DNA of 64,000 nucleotides from Octopus vulgaris. Its lineage: Eukaryota. Positions 27,300-40,364 of the stretch are shown here, one piece after another; position 1 is the stretch's first letter; each line of letters opens with the position of its first letter. The translations under genes and the position numbers were made by a program. Under the pieces are notes generated by a model, which was not told where the DNA came from, did no database searches, and worked only from the letters and a program-made list of their open reading frames with translations. The stretch covers positions 67,084,001-67,148,000 of the forward strand of contig OX597825.1 in assembly GCA_951406725.2 (NCBI GenBank). The letters run 5' to 3'.

Positions 27300-27614
27300 G
27301 TATCACCGTGATCAACGTGACCGACCAGGCTATCAGATGTTGCTACACATCACTGGTCACAATGCGCTTCGCATTGTTTTAGCCTTCAAATTACGCCACC
27401 CCGCTGGCTAAGCGAACAGTCCAATAGATGAGGGAGTGAGAAAAAGTTGTGGCGAAAGAGTACAGCAGGGATCAACACCACATCCTGCTGGAATCTCGTG
27501 GAGCTTTAGGTGTTTTCGCTCAATAAACACTCACAACGCTCGGTATGGGAATCGAAACCGCGATCCTACAACCGCGAGTCTGCTGCTCTAACTTCTGGGT
27601 TATTGCGCCTCCAC
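27300..27614 (-). mobile_element. Family A-headed SINE with a different 3' tail, 8-bp TSD
   Basis: About 180 nt of 5' sequence match family A, then an unrelated tail. TSD CCTACTTC at 27292-27299 and 27615-27622. Confidence 0.88.
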
Positions 27615-28520
27615 CCTACTTCATATATATATATTTATATATATATGTATATATATATCACAAATTTTCTTTTATACATACATATACATATATACATATT
27701 CGTAAATATGTATATATAGTCAATGGATGATATCCGGAGGACTTCAGTTTAGAAGACATTTAGTAGCACTCAAATGAATTAAAATTAGACTCCGATGTCT
27801 TTAGAAGAGATCAATTCCGCGGCGTTCAGAATAGCTACGAGAGGGATCAAGATGAACAACTATGCAGGCAATTATGTGGATAAACAAATGAAATATATTA
27901 GATATAACAGTTCGAGTATGAAACACAAAATGTGTGTACATGTTTACATGCAAAAAGAGAGAATGCAAAGTGTGGAGAACTCCAGACGATGAATATTTGA
28001 GTTGCTCTTCACTTTTAATCATTCCACCTTTGAACTTCTCTGCATTATAATCTGAAATGTTTGATCTTTCTACACAGATGACGGAGACTCGATGTATCCA
28101 ATGTTTATTTGCTTCTATTTCGGCTTCCATATTCTGATAAACTACATCTACCAACATTATGATGGATCTCCGAGCCCGAAGAAACGGCTGTTGGACTTAT
28201 AACATCTAACTTACACCCCTTAAATAATTTTCTCTGTAGATTATACTCTGTGTAAGATCGATCAATTAATATAAATACTTGAAAAAAAAATCATCGTCTG
28301 AAAGTTACCACACTTTGCTTTCTGCTATTTTGGCTGTATACATAATACATATTTTGTATTTCATACCCCAGCTATTATATTTAACATATTTAATTTCTAC
28401 ATAATTGCCTTTGTCTATCTCACTCCCTCTATCATTCTCTGTCTCTGCCTGTCACTCTCTCTCCATCTCTCTCTTTCTCTCTCTCTCTATATATATATAT
28501 ATTTTTTTTTTCGATGACCG

Positions 28521-28581
28521 GATAACTGAAGAGATGGCGGCGTCGATTTCCACCTCGGCATCCGAAACTCGGAGTTTTATC
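28521..28581 (+). ncRNA. Type I hammerhead ribozyme (predicted)
   Basis: GATAA-CTGAAGA(28526-28532)-GATG..CATC-C-GAAA(28564-28567)-CTCGGAG-TT-TTATC. Perfect 5-bp stem I, 3-bp stem III, GUU cleavage triplet. Lies between (TA)n runs. Confidence 0.75.
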
Positions 28582-28616
28582 ATGGCCAGCGAATAATTGT
28601 AAGATATTACATTTAC

Positions 28617-28664
<48 letters not shown>

Positions 28665-29381
28665 GTATGTATGTATGTATGTATGTATGTATGTATGTAT
28701 GTATGTATGTATATGTAGGTAGGTAGGTATGTGTATGCACGCTCATAGTCTATTGAAGATGCACAAATATGTATGATACCAACCATTTCATAGTAAAAAT
28801 TACTAGACATATACGCTACTAAAATGAATACTGAGTACACCTTTTGTATATAAACGCCGTTTATATACAACTTCACAGTCGAGCCAGTCAAGACTGTACA
28901 AGATTAATAATCAATTCTTTCAGGGATGTTACCTGTTCACTAGGCTAATGTGGCAAATGTGTGTATTAACTGAGTGTCATTTTAACAACAAACGCCATGA
29001 ATCTTAAATATCATTTTACATGCCTTGAGTTCTGTATAAAAACATATTTACTTCTATCGCTATAGAGCGCTTTCTTGTTCCTAGATATAAACAGTGTCGC
29101 ATATGTGTGCGTATTGCACCACAGAAATAGATTTTAGCGGATATTTTGTGTGAAAATTAAACTTAATTAAATACATTGGACAGCCATAAATAACCGTCCA
29201 GTTTATTTAATGTAGTCGATTTACACAAGTAATATTTCGTGAAATCAATATATTTATCCATTGTATATTATCGTCTGAAAAACAAATATTGTTAAACTGT
29301 CATGTCATGTTACTTCTCTCTTTTCTATTTATCGTTCCATCTCTCTCTATTGTTCTCTTCGACATAATAATAATATTTATA

Positions 29382-29471
<90 letters not shown>

Positions 29472-29473
29472 TA

Positions 29474-29800
29474 TAATAGAAATATTAAAATAACTAAGTT
29501 CTCTAAAAGAGAAACGGCAGCGTTCGGAAAATAATAGTTATCGATATAACATGGCATTCTTATAAAAATAAGAAAAAGCTGTCCGCTTATTAGCTCCATG
29601 AGGCCATCGCCTTAAGTTAGCTATTTGATACACAAACTGTATCCATATAACCTTCGAACGGAGGTCAGTCGCTCCACACTACTTGACCGGCAGCTACAGA
29701 CGCGTTTCGAGTATTGCCCCTTTTCAATGCAGCGTAGCCAGCCAGTAGGTGTCCTTCCGACAATCTCTGTTCGATGGTTTTATTTACTATTTTTTCTTAT
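29474..29800 (-). mobile_element. TA-abutting non-coding element carrying a hammerhead (PLE pLTR-like)
   Basis: Unique-sequence island between (TA)n arrays that contains the 29693-29733 motif. Boundaries approximate. Confidence 0.5.
29693..29733 (-). ncRNA. Minimal type I hammerhead ribozyme, U3-A8 core variant (predicted)
   Basis: Minus strand reads GCTGCA-TTGAAAA-GGGG CAAT ACTC-GAAA-CGCG-TC-TGTAGC. 6-bp stem I, 1-bp stem III with palindromic CGCG loop, GUC triplet. Confidence 0.72.
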
Positions 29801-30171
29801 TTTATAGATGCCATAGTATGGCGATATATTATACATATATATATATACATATATACACAGAGAGAGAGGATACTATAATATAATGTATATATATATATAT
29901 ATATAATATACAAATAAATATATATATATATATGTAATATATAATATATATATATATATGCATGTATGTATGTATATGCATGTATGTATGTATGTATGCA
30001 TGTATGTATATATGGGTTTGCGTGTGTGTATGTATGTATTATGCATGCAAGCAAGCATGCCGGTGTGCGTATGCAATTTTTGTGTGTGTGTGTGTTTGTA
30101 TGGGCCTGGATGTGTGTGTACCTGTGCGTCTGCGTGCCTACGTATGTGTGTGTGTTTGTGTATGTGTGTGT

Positions 30172-30218
<47 letters not shown>

Positions 30219-31240
30219 TTTGTGTGTGTGCGTGCGTGTGTGTGTTTATGCGTGTTTGTACGTAAGTTTGTTGTAGAACTGAAACTGTGGCTAGAAAACA
30301 AGTAAAACAAAACTAGTGTTTGGCAAGTTATATGGGCATTGCTCTGCGTTACACCGCTGCGCTGTAACGAATAAACAGTGCATTATGCATTTTAGAGACA
30401 TATTTCGATGCATTACGCAACCAATATTAAAGATACTTCGACTTAAAATTGTTATTCATCATTGTTGCTTACAATAGAGCTTTTGTTAATCAGTATATAT
30501 CTATAGAATACAGGGAACAGTATATGTAATGCACACATGTAAACAGGAAACACTGTCTCGTCGGTAGATCAAGACAGATTCCTTGGGAAAATAGTATTAT
30601 GGGATTTCATCAGTAGATGAATATTTTGTTTAACAGCGCATTAAAGCTATGCAAACAATTCTACCATTCCAAAGACTGAAGAAAATCGATTAGACCTATT
30701 TCCCGAGAGCTACATCGATTAATAATTTATCCTTGCATTAACAGGTTTTGTTTCTTCTGATATTCTGTACAATGGAGCACATTTCTTGATTTTTAGCCAA
30801 GCACATGTATAATAGACAAAGGTTACAAAGGTGCCCCCCCCCCCCCACTATGCTACGTTCGTAGTGACTCTGTTGGAAGTTGGAAGGGGTACCCAGAATA
30901 TTCTAGTAAACGATTAAGTGTAGCCCGTCTGATCTCTCTTTTACCATTTATGAATATATACGTAATATGTATATGCAGAATCCTTACCTCTGACTGTTAT
31001 GTACTGTTTTAAATATGATTTTGATGTTTTTAAATGTATTTAATGTTGGTTTTAATGTTAAAAATTTTTTTTGATGATTTTAGATACATAAGTAGGCAGA
31101 TAGACATAAGTGGGTAGACAGGCAGATAGGGTAGGCAGATAGATAGGTAGATAAGTAGATAGAGAGAGAGGGGAGAGAGAGAAAGGAGAGAGAGGGAGAG
31201 AGAAAGAGAGAGAGGAAGAGAGAGATAAAGAGAGAGATAA

Positions 31241-31281
<41 letters not shown>

Positions 31282-31316
31282 AAGATATATACATACATAC
31301 ATACATACATATGTGC

Positions 31317-31393
<77 letters not shown>

Positions 31394-31434
31394 CTGACTG
31401 ATTGATTGATAGACAGACTGACAGACAGACAGAC

Positions 31435-31587
31435 ATATAACTTTTTATTGTGGCCACACAGGGCTTAACACAGAATAAAAATGGACGAAATACAATGTAG
31501 AGTTTTTTATTTTCGAGGTGGGATGGGTGGGACACAAAGAAAAGAAAAAACGTTCGATCAATAGGGATCTGTAGGGTGTGGTGTATA

Positions 31588-31635
<48 letters not shown>

Positions 31636-32380
31636 TTCACAGTTTAGGTGTAGCCCTGGAAAGAAAAACCTACAAAAAAGACCAAGGTCACCTCAGACAG
31701 TTCGAAAATGAACACATGATAAGTCGCCTTACCTCTCGTTGTCTCTTTTGGTCACATATTTACGCTTAAAATAGTGTCGGCTTTCATACTGACCATTTTT
31801 GCCACTTTTACCCACTTTTTATTAAAACATTCTTTCGACAAAGCCTTCCTCTCTATTCTCATCCTCCTTTTCAAGTGATACTTGAAAAAGTTGACGAGAG
31901 ACTGACCAGAGAGGAAGGTGTTTGTTTGCAATCCTTTCAAACACGTCCACCACACACATTCTTTCGCCATAGCCATCAGCGTAACGAAAACCGTTTTCCC
32001 TTCCCGTTTAAAAGAAAGGTGGTGGAACAATATTCACGATAGACTCGGCCGATAAGCGGGCCCGTCCTACACGCGACAACAGCTGTTCGACGAAGGTCCA
32101 CAGCTCTGAAATATCTGGACACTGCACGAGTGCGTGCAGAACGGTTTCGTCGCTCTGACCGCATCTCGGGCAGGTCGGTCCGGTGATGGTTTTCGAACCG
32201 TGCCTGTAGCTCTTCTCTCGAACAGGTAGTGCGTCTCGATAGCATTGCCAAGCCAGGGATTTCTGGAAGTTATCCATAGGCCCCGGCCCGAGCGTCGTCC
32301 TTAACAGGCGGGTTAGGAATTTCTCGTCGACGCCCAGGTTTGCCCCGAGTGTGTCGTCGGACCTCCCCTCCACTAGTCCT
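31435..32380 (-). mobile_element. Tx1-like LINE 3' end (C-terminal CCHC zinc-binding region plus 3' UTR), 5'-truncated
   Basis: ORF 32008-32373: LAWQCYRDALPVR..CPRCGQSDETVLHALVQCPDISELW, continuing after a frameshift (AKECVWWT..FFKYHLKRRMRIER). AATAAA near 31445 on the minus strand. GATA/GACA repeats on both sides; internal (TA)n at about 31591-31632. Confidence 0.85.
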
Positions 32381-32749
32381 CTAGATAGATAGATAGATAG
32401 ATTGACTGATTGGAAGATTGATTGATTGATTGATAGACAGACAGACAGACAGACAGATAGACAGATGTTAGTAGGTACTCTGTAGTCATGCAGAGCGTTG
32501 AAACAGAACGCTGTTGACGCATCTGAAATTTTTTAATCAAACAAGCTGTCAAGAATGGCGTTATAAGATGCGAAATCAGTTTATCCGATTTTCTTTAAGC
32601 TCTTAATGATAGTACGTTTGTAAGCCGTGTTTCTCTAGAAACAACGTCTTTATAACAACTGTCTATCGCAATGTTAGCTAAATCGCCATATTGATTAAAA
32701 CATATAGTTCTTTTTATCTCTCTTTTCTCTCTGCCCCTTTTATATTTCT

Positions 32750-32829
<80 letters not shown>

Positions 32830-32833
32830 ATGC

Positions 32834-32885
<52 letters not shown>

Positions 32886-32889
32886 GATA

Positions 32890-32966
<77 letters not shown>

Positions 32967-33842
32967 AACACTGTGCAGTAAAGAGCAATATATGTTAGCT
33001 ATTTATTAATGCCATAAATGAAGCAATATTTTTATAGAATTTTTAGCTTGAAAAAAATTGTAAAGTGTGCTCAATGCAGTATATATCAATAAAGTTTTCT
33101 CAATGCAGTATGTTTCAGTAATATTTTATTGACATCCAGCTCACACCTAATTCAAAAAGTGTTTGAACGTATGTTTAAGGCTCCTTTGTCAATTTAGCTA
33201 TGAGAAATATAGTGACGGACACGTTAGAAATCTGTTATTAAGCACGATATCTAAAGTTATTTTATTTAAAAGAAATAAAAATTAGCTGTGAAGGTCACAG
33301 CTGGAACGCCTTGTCTCATACGTTTGCCCAACAATAATTTAAGTGGACGTAAGCCGGAGCAAAAGACAAACAGTTATGTCTAGAAAATTTTCATTTGTTT
33401 TGAAGATTTAAATGTAATTTTAATATCGAATATACACGTGATTTATTTAGTGATTGTCACGTGAATTCCATTGTCTGATATATGGTAAGCAATATATATG
33501 AGAGGATGAAATATAAAGTTCAATAATCCAAAATTTATTACTTGTTTATGTCCGCAACATTTCCTTTGGCAGAGATTTGAAGACACTTGTTTGATTTAAG
33601 AAGTATGCAAATAGAATCTCAAATAATACCGTCTATAAAGATTTAGACAAAAACAGCAATAATTCCATCAGCTACAAAAACGAAAACATGAAGAAAAACT
33701 ACAAAACAACCAACCACGACAGCGAGGATGTCAACAACAACAACAACTAGAGTAAATAATAATAATAATAATAATAACAACAACGATGGTGATAATATAA
33801 TTATTATTAAGAGAGCAGTGCATACCATCATCATCATCATCA

Positions 33843-33877
<35 letters not shown>

Positions 33878-34765
33878 GTTATTATTATTATTATTATTGT
33901 AATCTTTATTAGCTACAATGACTCGGAACGAGCTAGAAAATTGGAAGTTAATTGTGAACAGGGAACTTACAGAGACGTGTGGTGTAGGACAGAGATAATG
34001 TAAAATGTAAGTGGATGGAAAACGTTATTCACTATATAATTGGACAAGTTAAAAATTTATAAATCACGAAACGTACACAAGAAATAGATAAATGTGTATT
34101 ATATAAGACATTAATTAAAAGAAATTTATATATCTGAACTTTCGCTAGCGGAGTTCAGTGTACACCGGATTCCCTCCTACGATATGTTGTGTTCTTCATC
34201 ATTATATTGATTAGGATTCTTGAATCCAAAACTTCCATAGGAACCCCTCTACCGTACTGGGAAACTCAGAGACCATGTTTTGTGAGTTGCTGAAATATAT
34301 TGCTTTATAAAAATCTGAGACGTTCTTCTATCGTGTTTGAAGGTGATCCTATTTCCTTCTGTTTCTGTATTGCCTTACAATATTCTTTGGGTACATTTTA
34401 TAAGTGTTTCACTGGAACTTCTTCTTGCAAATGGCTAAACGCCAACTCTAACCCCAACCCTCAGCCGAACCCACACCCCACCCGTGCTTTCCCCACTCTC
34501 GCCTCTCCACCTCCCAACAACATCACATCACACCACACTACACCATGCAACATTACACATCACATCACAACACACCACCCACACACCCATCCCCACATTT
34601 TCACACCTACACATACATACGCGCACACGTCCAGGCCACCAGCCCTCTTTCACACACACATACATACTCTCATATACACGCACGCACCTTCGTGTTGGGG
34701 GATCATCTTTACTTTGTTATCTCCCCTACTTTCACACTCGTGTGTGACCCTTCTGTCCGAGTCAG

Positions 34766-34952
34766 CGCCATGATAGATCGTTATCCACTAAACACATTTT
34801 TTTCTCTCCCCTTTTTTTCTGTGTCCCTTTCTGTAGAAGAGCGTAGGCTTGAAACGTAAAAGACGTTTTCTATTCCTGAGCGTTATACTAATACATCTGT
34901 TTGTTTTGTAAACCACCTGTCTTCGTCTTTTGTTTTTTTCGTAAACTCTCCT
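34766..34952 (+). mobile_element. Family D repeat with hammerhead-like motif, ending in (TA)n
   Basis: CTTT-CTGTAGA-A-GAGC GTAG GCTT-GAAA-CG-TA-AAAG at 34827-34862; a degenerate tandem copy follows at about 35075-35225. Confidence 0.8.
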
Positions 34953-35047
<95 letters not shown>

Positions 35048-35229
35048 CTTGACTGCTAAAGCTACAAATATTTTTCATTCTCCGTTTATTTTCTCATATT
35101 CTTTTCTCTTAAAGAGCGTAACCTCGAAACGTAAAAGGTGTTTTCATTTTCCAGAGCGTCAAAGTAAAACACTTCTTTGTTGTTCATACACTTGTCTTCA
35201 TCTTCTGTTTTCCTATAAGTTTCAACTAT

Positions 35230-35930
35230 ATATATATAAATGGAACGAAAACGCAATAGAGTATATTAAAACATTCGGACAGATAGACGATACAAAGGCG
35301 GACAAGAGAAACAACAATTAGCAGGACAGGTAAAAAAAGACGGATCATTCGTGACTTTCTTTCCTCAATCAAGTTCCATAAGACACGACCATTTCGGGCA
35401 GTTACATTTGTGATGGTGCGATCTGGTCGCCCCCACCCCCAAAAGTCTAAGCTAAGAGCATTAGACTCCTTTGTTAGAAAACTAAAGAGTGTGCACGGCA
35501 ACAAAGAAAAAAACAACACAAACAAGCAAACAAAACGGAGAACATGGTACACAATTGCGAATACAAAACACAAGAACATAACAACAGGTGTCTTTCGACG
35601 GAGAACGAATCAAATTGAGCTGACGTATATGAAGTGAAAACCTAAAGGCAGGAACATAGGAGATGGACATAAGAGGTGTTGGCGGTCAGCAGTCAGGCCA
35701 AGAAAGAAACATCATAGTTGGCCGGACACCGGTCACGTGGAAGGAAGAGAGATGGTAGGGGGCAGCAGGATTGAAGGATTAGAAAAAAAATTAGAGACAA
35801 AGAGAAAGGTACGGGGTAGATAAACGATTGGGAAATAGTGGGAGTTAAAGAAAAACAGGGCCAAGGAATGTGAGAAAGGGGGAGCGAGAAAAAGGAAGAG
35901 AGATGAGAGGGGGAATCAGCTTCAAACATT
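35230..35930 (-). mobile_element. Family E interspersed repeat
   Basis: The reverse complement of 35340-35480 aligns with 44735-44880 (TCTAATGCT..AGCTTAG..CCGAAAT..CGAATGAT). The right boundary is uncertain. Confidence 0.55.
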
Positions 35931-36591
35931 GGAATTCAATTATACACACACACACATGCACGCACACATACATGCATACATGTATTTAGACACACATGCT
36001 ATTTCGTGTATATACACATACATATATGTACGTGTGTGTGTGAAGAAAGCAGTTGAAATTAATGACAACAACGACGATGACAACGACGACGACGGCCACA
36101 ATGATGTTTAGAATTATTTAACCTGAAGATTATTTAACCTGGTCTGACGGAACTATAGTTTTCAGAAACGCATTAACTCTTACGCATTTCTGTCATCACG
36201 CGCATGTAGTCAATTCACACATGTTCAGCAAGATGTCTTACCTGCCAGAAATTGTAAAATTCATTTCCTTTGCCGGTCCTGTCTTCTGTCCGCTAATCAA
36301 CATCAAGTTAACGCTATATATATGTTATGTCCACCAAACAGGAGACGATATTGCGTCCATCCCATTTAAACATTATCCATTGTATACTTTTGTAATACAA
36401 AATGGTGGACTGAAAATAGTAGCAGCTTTGAAGTAAACTTATAGTCGCAGTCTCTCTGGTTACGGATAGAGGATTTATATATATCTATGCAAGTAACCGT
36501 TATTCAGAAATTTTAGCCAGTTCGTTAGCATTCACGCACACACACATATACACAGAGAGGTATACACACACACTCATACAAAGCACACACA

Positions 36592-36636
<45 letters not shown>

Positions 36637-37062
36637 TTAATATATATGTATACATATAGAACATGGCGACAGCCTTAAGGCTGAAACAGGATAAAATAAA
36701 AGTGTATAAAAAATATATAAAGATAGATAGATATAAATATACCTATATAAATATATATAAATGTTTGTGTGCGTGTACACGCACACACACACACACACAT
36801 ACATACACATATGAAGGCGGGTGATCAGTGTGTTAACGCATTCGGATCGCGATCTTGAGGTCGTGAGTTCGATATCCAGCGACCCTTTGTATCCTTCATC
36901 AAGATATTTTGTTTTCCGTTTGTCCAGAGAACACACTTGGTAAAAATGTTTTATGCCTGCATTTTACAGTGTCAGTCATGCTGATTCTCCCTGAGAACTG
37001 CATTGATGTAGCTGTCACGAATCCCAGATTTGCAACACTATCTTAATATTAGAATCATACTT

Positions 37063-37525
37063 AAGGCGGCGAGCTGGCAGATTCGATAGCACCCCGGGCG
37101 AATTGCTTAGCGGTATTTTGTCTACTATCTGAGTTCAAATTCTGCGGAGGTCCACTTTACCTTTCATCTTTTCGGGGTCGATAAATTAAGTACTAGGGTT
37201 GATCTAATCGAAAGGGCCCCCTCTCCCCAAAATTTCGGGCCTTGTGCCTAGAGTAGAAAAGAATTGCTAGCATGCTCGCCAAATTGCTTAGAAGTACTTC
37301 ACCGGTCACTACTTCCTGACTTCAAATTGCGCCGAGGTCGCAGTTTTAGAACGCAGGAGTGGTTGTGTAGTAAGAAGTTTACTTCTCTAATAGATAGTTC
37401 AGGGTTCAGTCCCATTGCGTTGCACCTTGGGCAAGTGTCTTCTACCATAGCTTCGGCTGACCAAAGCCTTGTGAGTGGATTTGTTAAACGGAAACTGAAA
37501 GAAACCCGTCGTATATATATATATA
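37063..37525 (+). mobile_element. Family B SINE (short tail), a partial family B copy and a family C 5' half in series
   Basis: Family B at 37063-37265; restart at about 37265; GCAGGAGTGGTTGTG..CACCTTGGGCAAGTGTCTTCTAC from about 37350. Confidence 0.8.
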
Positions 37526-37630
37526 TGTAAATTTCTATAAATAAGGATAAGATCGTTAATTTTAAATAAAATAACGATTTTATCACGTGGCCAGCATGGA
37601 AATAATAACCTTCAAAGGTAATAGTTATTT

Positions 37631-37901
37631 AAATTATAAATTAGGGTATCTACGAGATACCATCATGCTGAAAGTAGCAACCATGATCTGACTCTAAAAC
37701 CACCTTAATTTTCCATATCGCAAAGCATTCCCATATGCAAAGTCAGAAATCGGGGATCTAGAATTATCCAGTAATTTTTTATTAGTTTCATCTTGTCTCT
37801 TTGTTTTCTCTCCATGTTGATATATGGACAATTAAGGTGGTTTTAGAGTCAGATCATTGCTGCTATTTTCAGCATGATGGTATCTCGTATATAGCCTAAT
37901 T

Positions 37902-37909
<8 letters not shown>
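37631..37909 (+). mobile_element. Foldback element: about 88-bp inverted arms around a truncated copy of the 4496-4698 family
   Basis: 37631-37718 is the near-perfect reverse complement of 37822-37909. The 37719-37909 segment is homologous to 4512-4698. Ends in (TA)n. Confidence 0.85.
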
Positions 37910-37978
<69 letters not shown>

Positions 37979-37979
37979 T

Positions 37980-38121
<142 letters not shown>

Positions 38122-38322
38122 TATGCTAAGAGCCTTTTAAAAGGTTGCATTCCCTCGCGTTCGATACAATGTGTTTATTATGGTAGTTTTGACTTTAAGA
38201 GTCCCTCCTAGCGTGAGGCATTTATGTATAGAAATGCCCTTCATATGAATAAATATATTTAAAGGGAATAATAATTCTTTCCCTTATGAGGTTTTAATTA
38301 TGTGTATATATACATATATATA

Positions 38323-38365
<43 letters not shown>

Positions 38366-38659
38366 GTGTGTGTGTGTGTGTGTGTGTATAATTTGTGTGT
38401 ATATAGGTGCGCACGTTTTTGTGTGTGTGTGTGTGTATGTATGTATATATAGAAATAGATTGATATAGATGTAAATATATACATACCTATATAGATATAT
38501 CAATCTTTATATTTATGTTAAAACTGTTGTCAAATTAATCTAAAAGATAACATACCCGGAAAATGAGAAACATCAAGTACACATACGTTAAAGTGTTCAG
38601 CCGACCGTTAGGTTTCTGACAAAACAAAGTATTCTAAATGTGCATCCATATAAATCATT

Positions 38660-39072
38660 TGTTTCCATTATCATCATCATCATCATCATCGTCATCATCA
38701 TATCTATACTGTACATTCTCATTCGCAGCGATATCAGCATCACCATGGCCATAGTCGGTTTCATCATTGTAAGTTTCATAATGTTGATTGCTATCGTGGT
38801 CCCGCTCCTCCTCCTCTCCACTCCTTCCTACTCTTATTCTGCTTCCTTCTCTTCCTCTTCATCAACATCAGCATCACCATCTTGGCCATCGTCATTGTTA
38901 TTATTTTCATTATCATCAGCAGCATCATCGTCATCTTCCTCCTCCTCATCATCATTATCATCATCATCGTCACCGTCATCATCATCATCATCATCAACGT
39001 CGTCGTCGTCGTCATCACTATCTTCATCTACATAAACATGTTTATCATCATCACCATCATTATCATCATCAC

Positions 39073-39106
<34 letters not shown>

Positions 39107-39171
39107 GTCGTCGTCATCGTCGTCATCACTGTCTTCATCTACATAAACAGGTTTCTCATCATCACCACCAC

Positions 39172-39203
<32 letters not shown>

Positions 39204-39251
39204 CTATCTTCATCTACATAAACATGTTTTCCACATCCTCATCACCATCAC

Positions 39252-39314
<63 letters not shown>

Positions 39315-39339
39315 TATCATCATCATCATCACCACCATC

Positions 39340-39371
<32 letters not shown>

Positions 39372-39465
39372 CACTATCTTCGTTTACATAAACATGTTTA
39401 TCAACATCATCATCATCATCATCATAATCACTGTCGTGGCCGTCGCCGTCGCCGTCGCCGTCGTC
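38660..39465. repeat. Complex (CAT)n microsatellite with higher-order unit CACTATCTTCATCTACATAAACATGTTT (four copies)
   Basis: The unit recurs near 39017, 39126, 39202 and 39372; source of the poly-H/S/I ORFs. Confidence 0.9.
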
Positions 39466-40035
39466 ATTCTAGGAATAGATACGTGATCTTCACCTCCATT
39501 GATGATGAAACGTAAAACTTATCTTCCGATATTCACTCGGGGTATTATTGCGTCTGTCACACGATTTATTCGTTCGTAAACAAAAACATTATCATGATAA
39601 CCAACAATGTTTTACGATAGAGAAATCAAGTTTTCGTTCTGCTCTATTACCATTCAATTAATATCCTGATCTGGACCATAATCTTTCACTTTAGACATCA
39701 AAACAAAATATCTGTATGGTATTCAAATGAGACATAAAAACAATATCCTCCCCAAGTTGCTATCGTTGTCGTCGTCGTCGTCATCGTCATCATCATCACC
39801 ATCATCTTCATCATCATAATCTTCATGATCTACATCATCATCAACTTCATCACTGTTGTTATCATCATCATCATCTTCATCACCGTCATCATCACCATCA
39901 TCACCATCATCATCGTCATCATCATCATCATCATCATTACCATCATCATCATTTTCATCACCATCATCATCGCCATCATCATCATCATCATCCTCCTCCT
40001 CCTCATCATCATCATCATCATCATCATCATTATTA

Positions 40036-40190
40036 TTAAAACGTCGCACAGTATCCAATATCGTGATGTTGATCGAAAATATTGTGTTTACCGGGGGGTT
40101 TGCAGTGTCTGTCAAGTCACAACAATGACCTCGGGCAGACAGTACTTTACGCAATAGGCGTGAAGTTCCAAGTATTGCCGATTTTTGCCT
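40036..40190 (-). mobile_element. R4/Dong-like LINE 3' end fragment
   Basis: Translation QKSAILGTSRLLRKVL is typical of the C-terminus of RLE-type (R4/Dong) ORFs; the 3' end runs into (TAA)n. Confidence 0.75.
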
Positions 40191-40364
40191 AGATTTGGTT
40201 TTGCGCTCGGTACTGCAGTGAAAGCACGTGATAAAAATAAGGCTACTGAACAACAACAACAACAACAACAACAGCAACAACAACAACAACAACAGCAGCA
40301 ACAACAACAATAATAATAATGCTAATAATTTCTACTATAGGCACAAAGCCCGAACTTTGTTGGG

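Noticed and set aside
27801-28202. 118-aa minus ORF and a possible plus-strand acceptor at about 28077
   Set aside because: No recognisable domain or consistent splice structure; needs RNA-seq or a homology search.
36655-36700. CAGCC-TTAA-GGCTG hairpin overlapping GAAAC, hammerhead-like
   Set aside because: No valid CUGANGA core or stem I.
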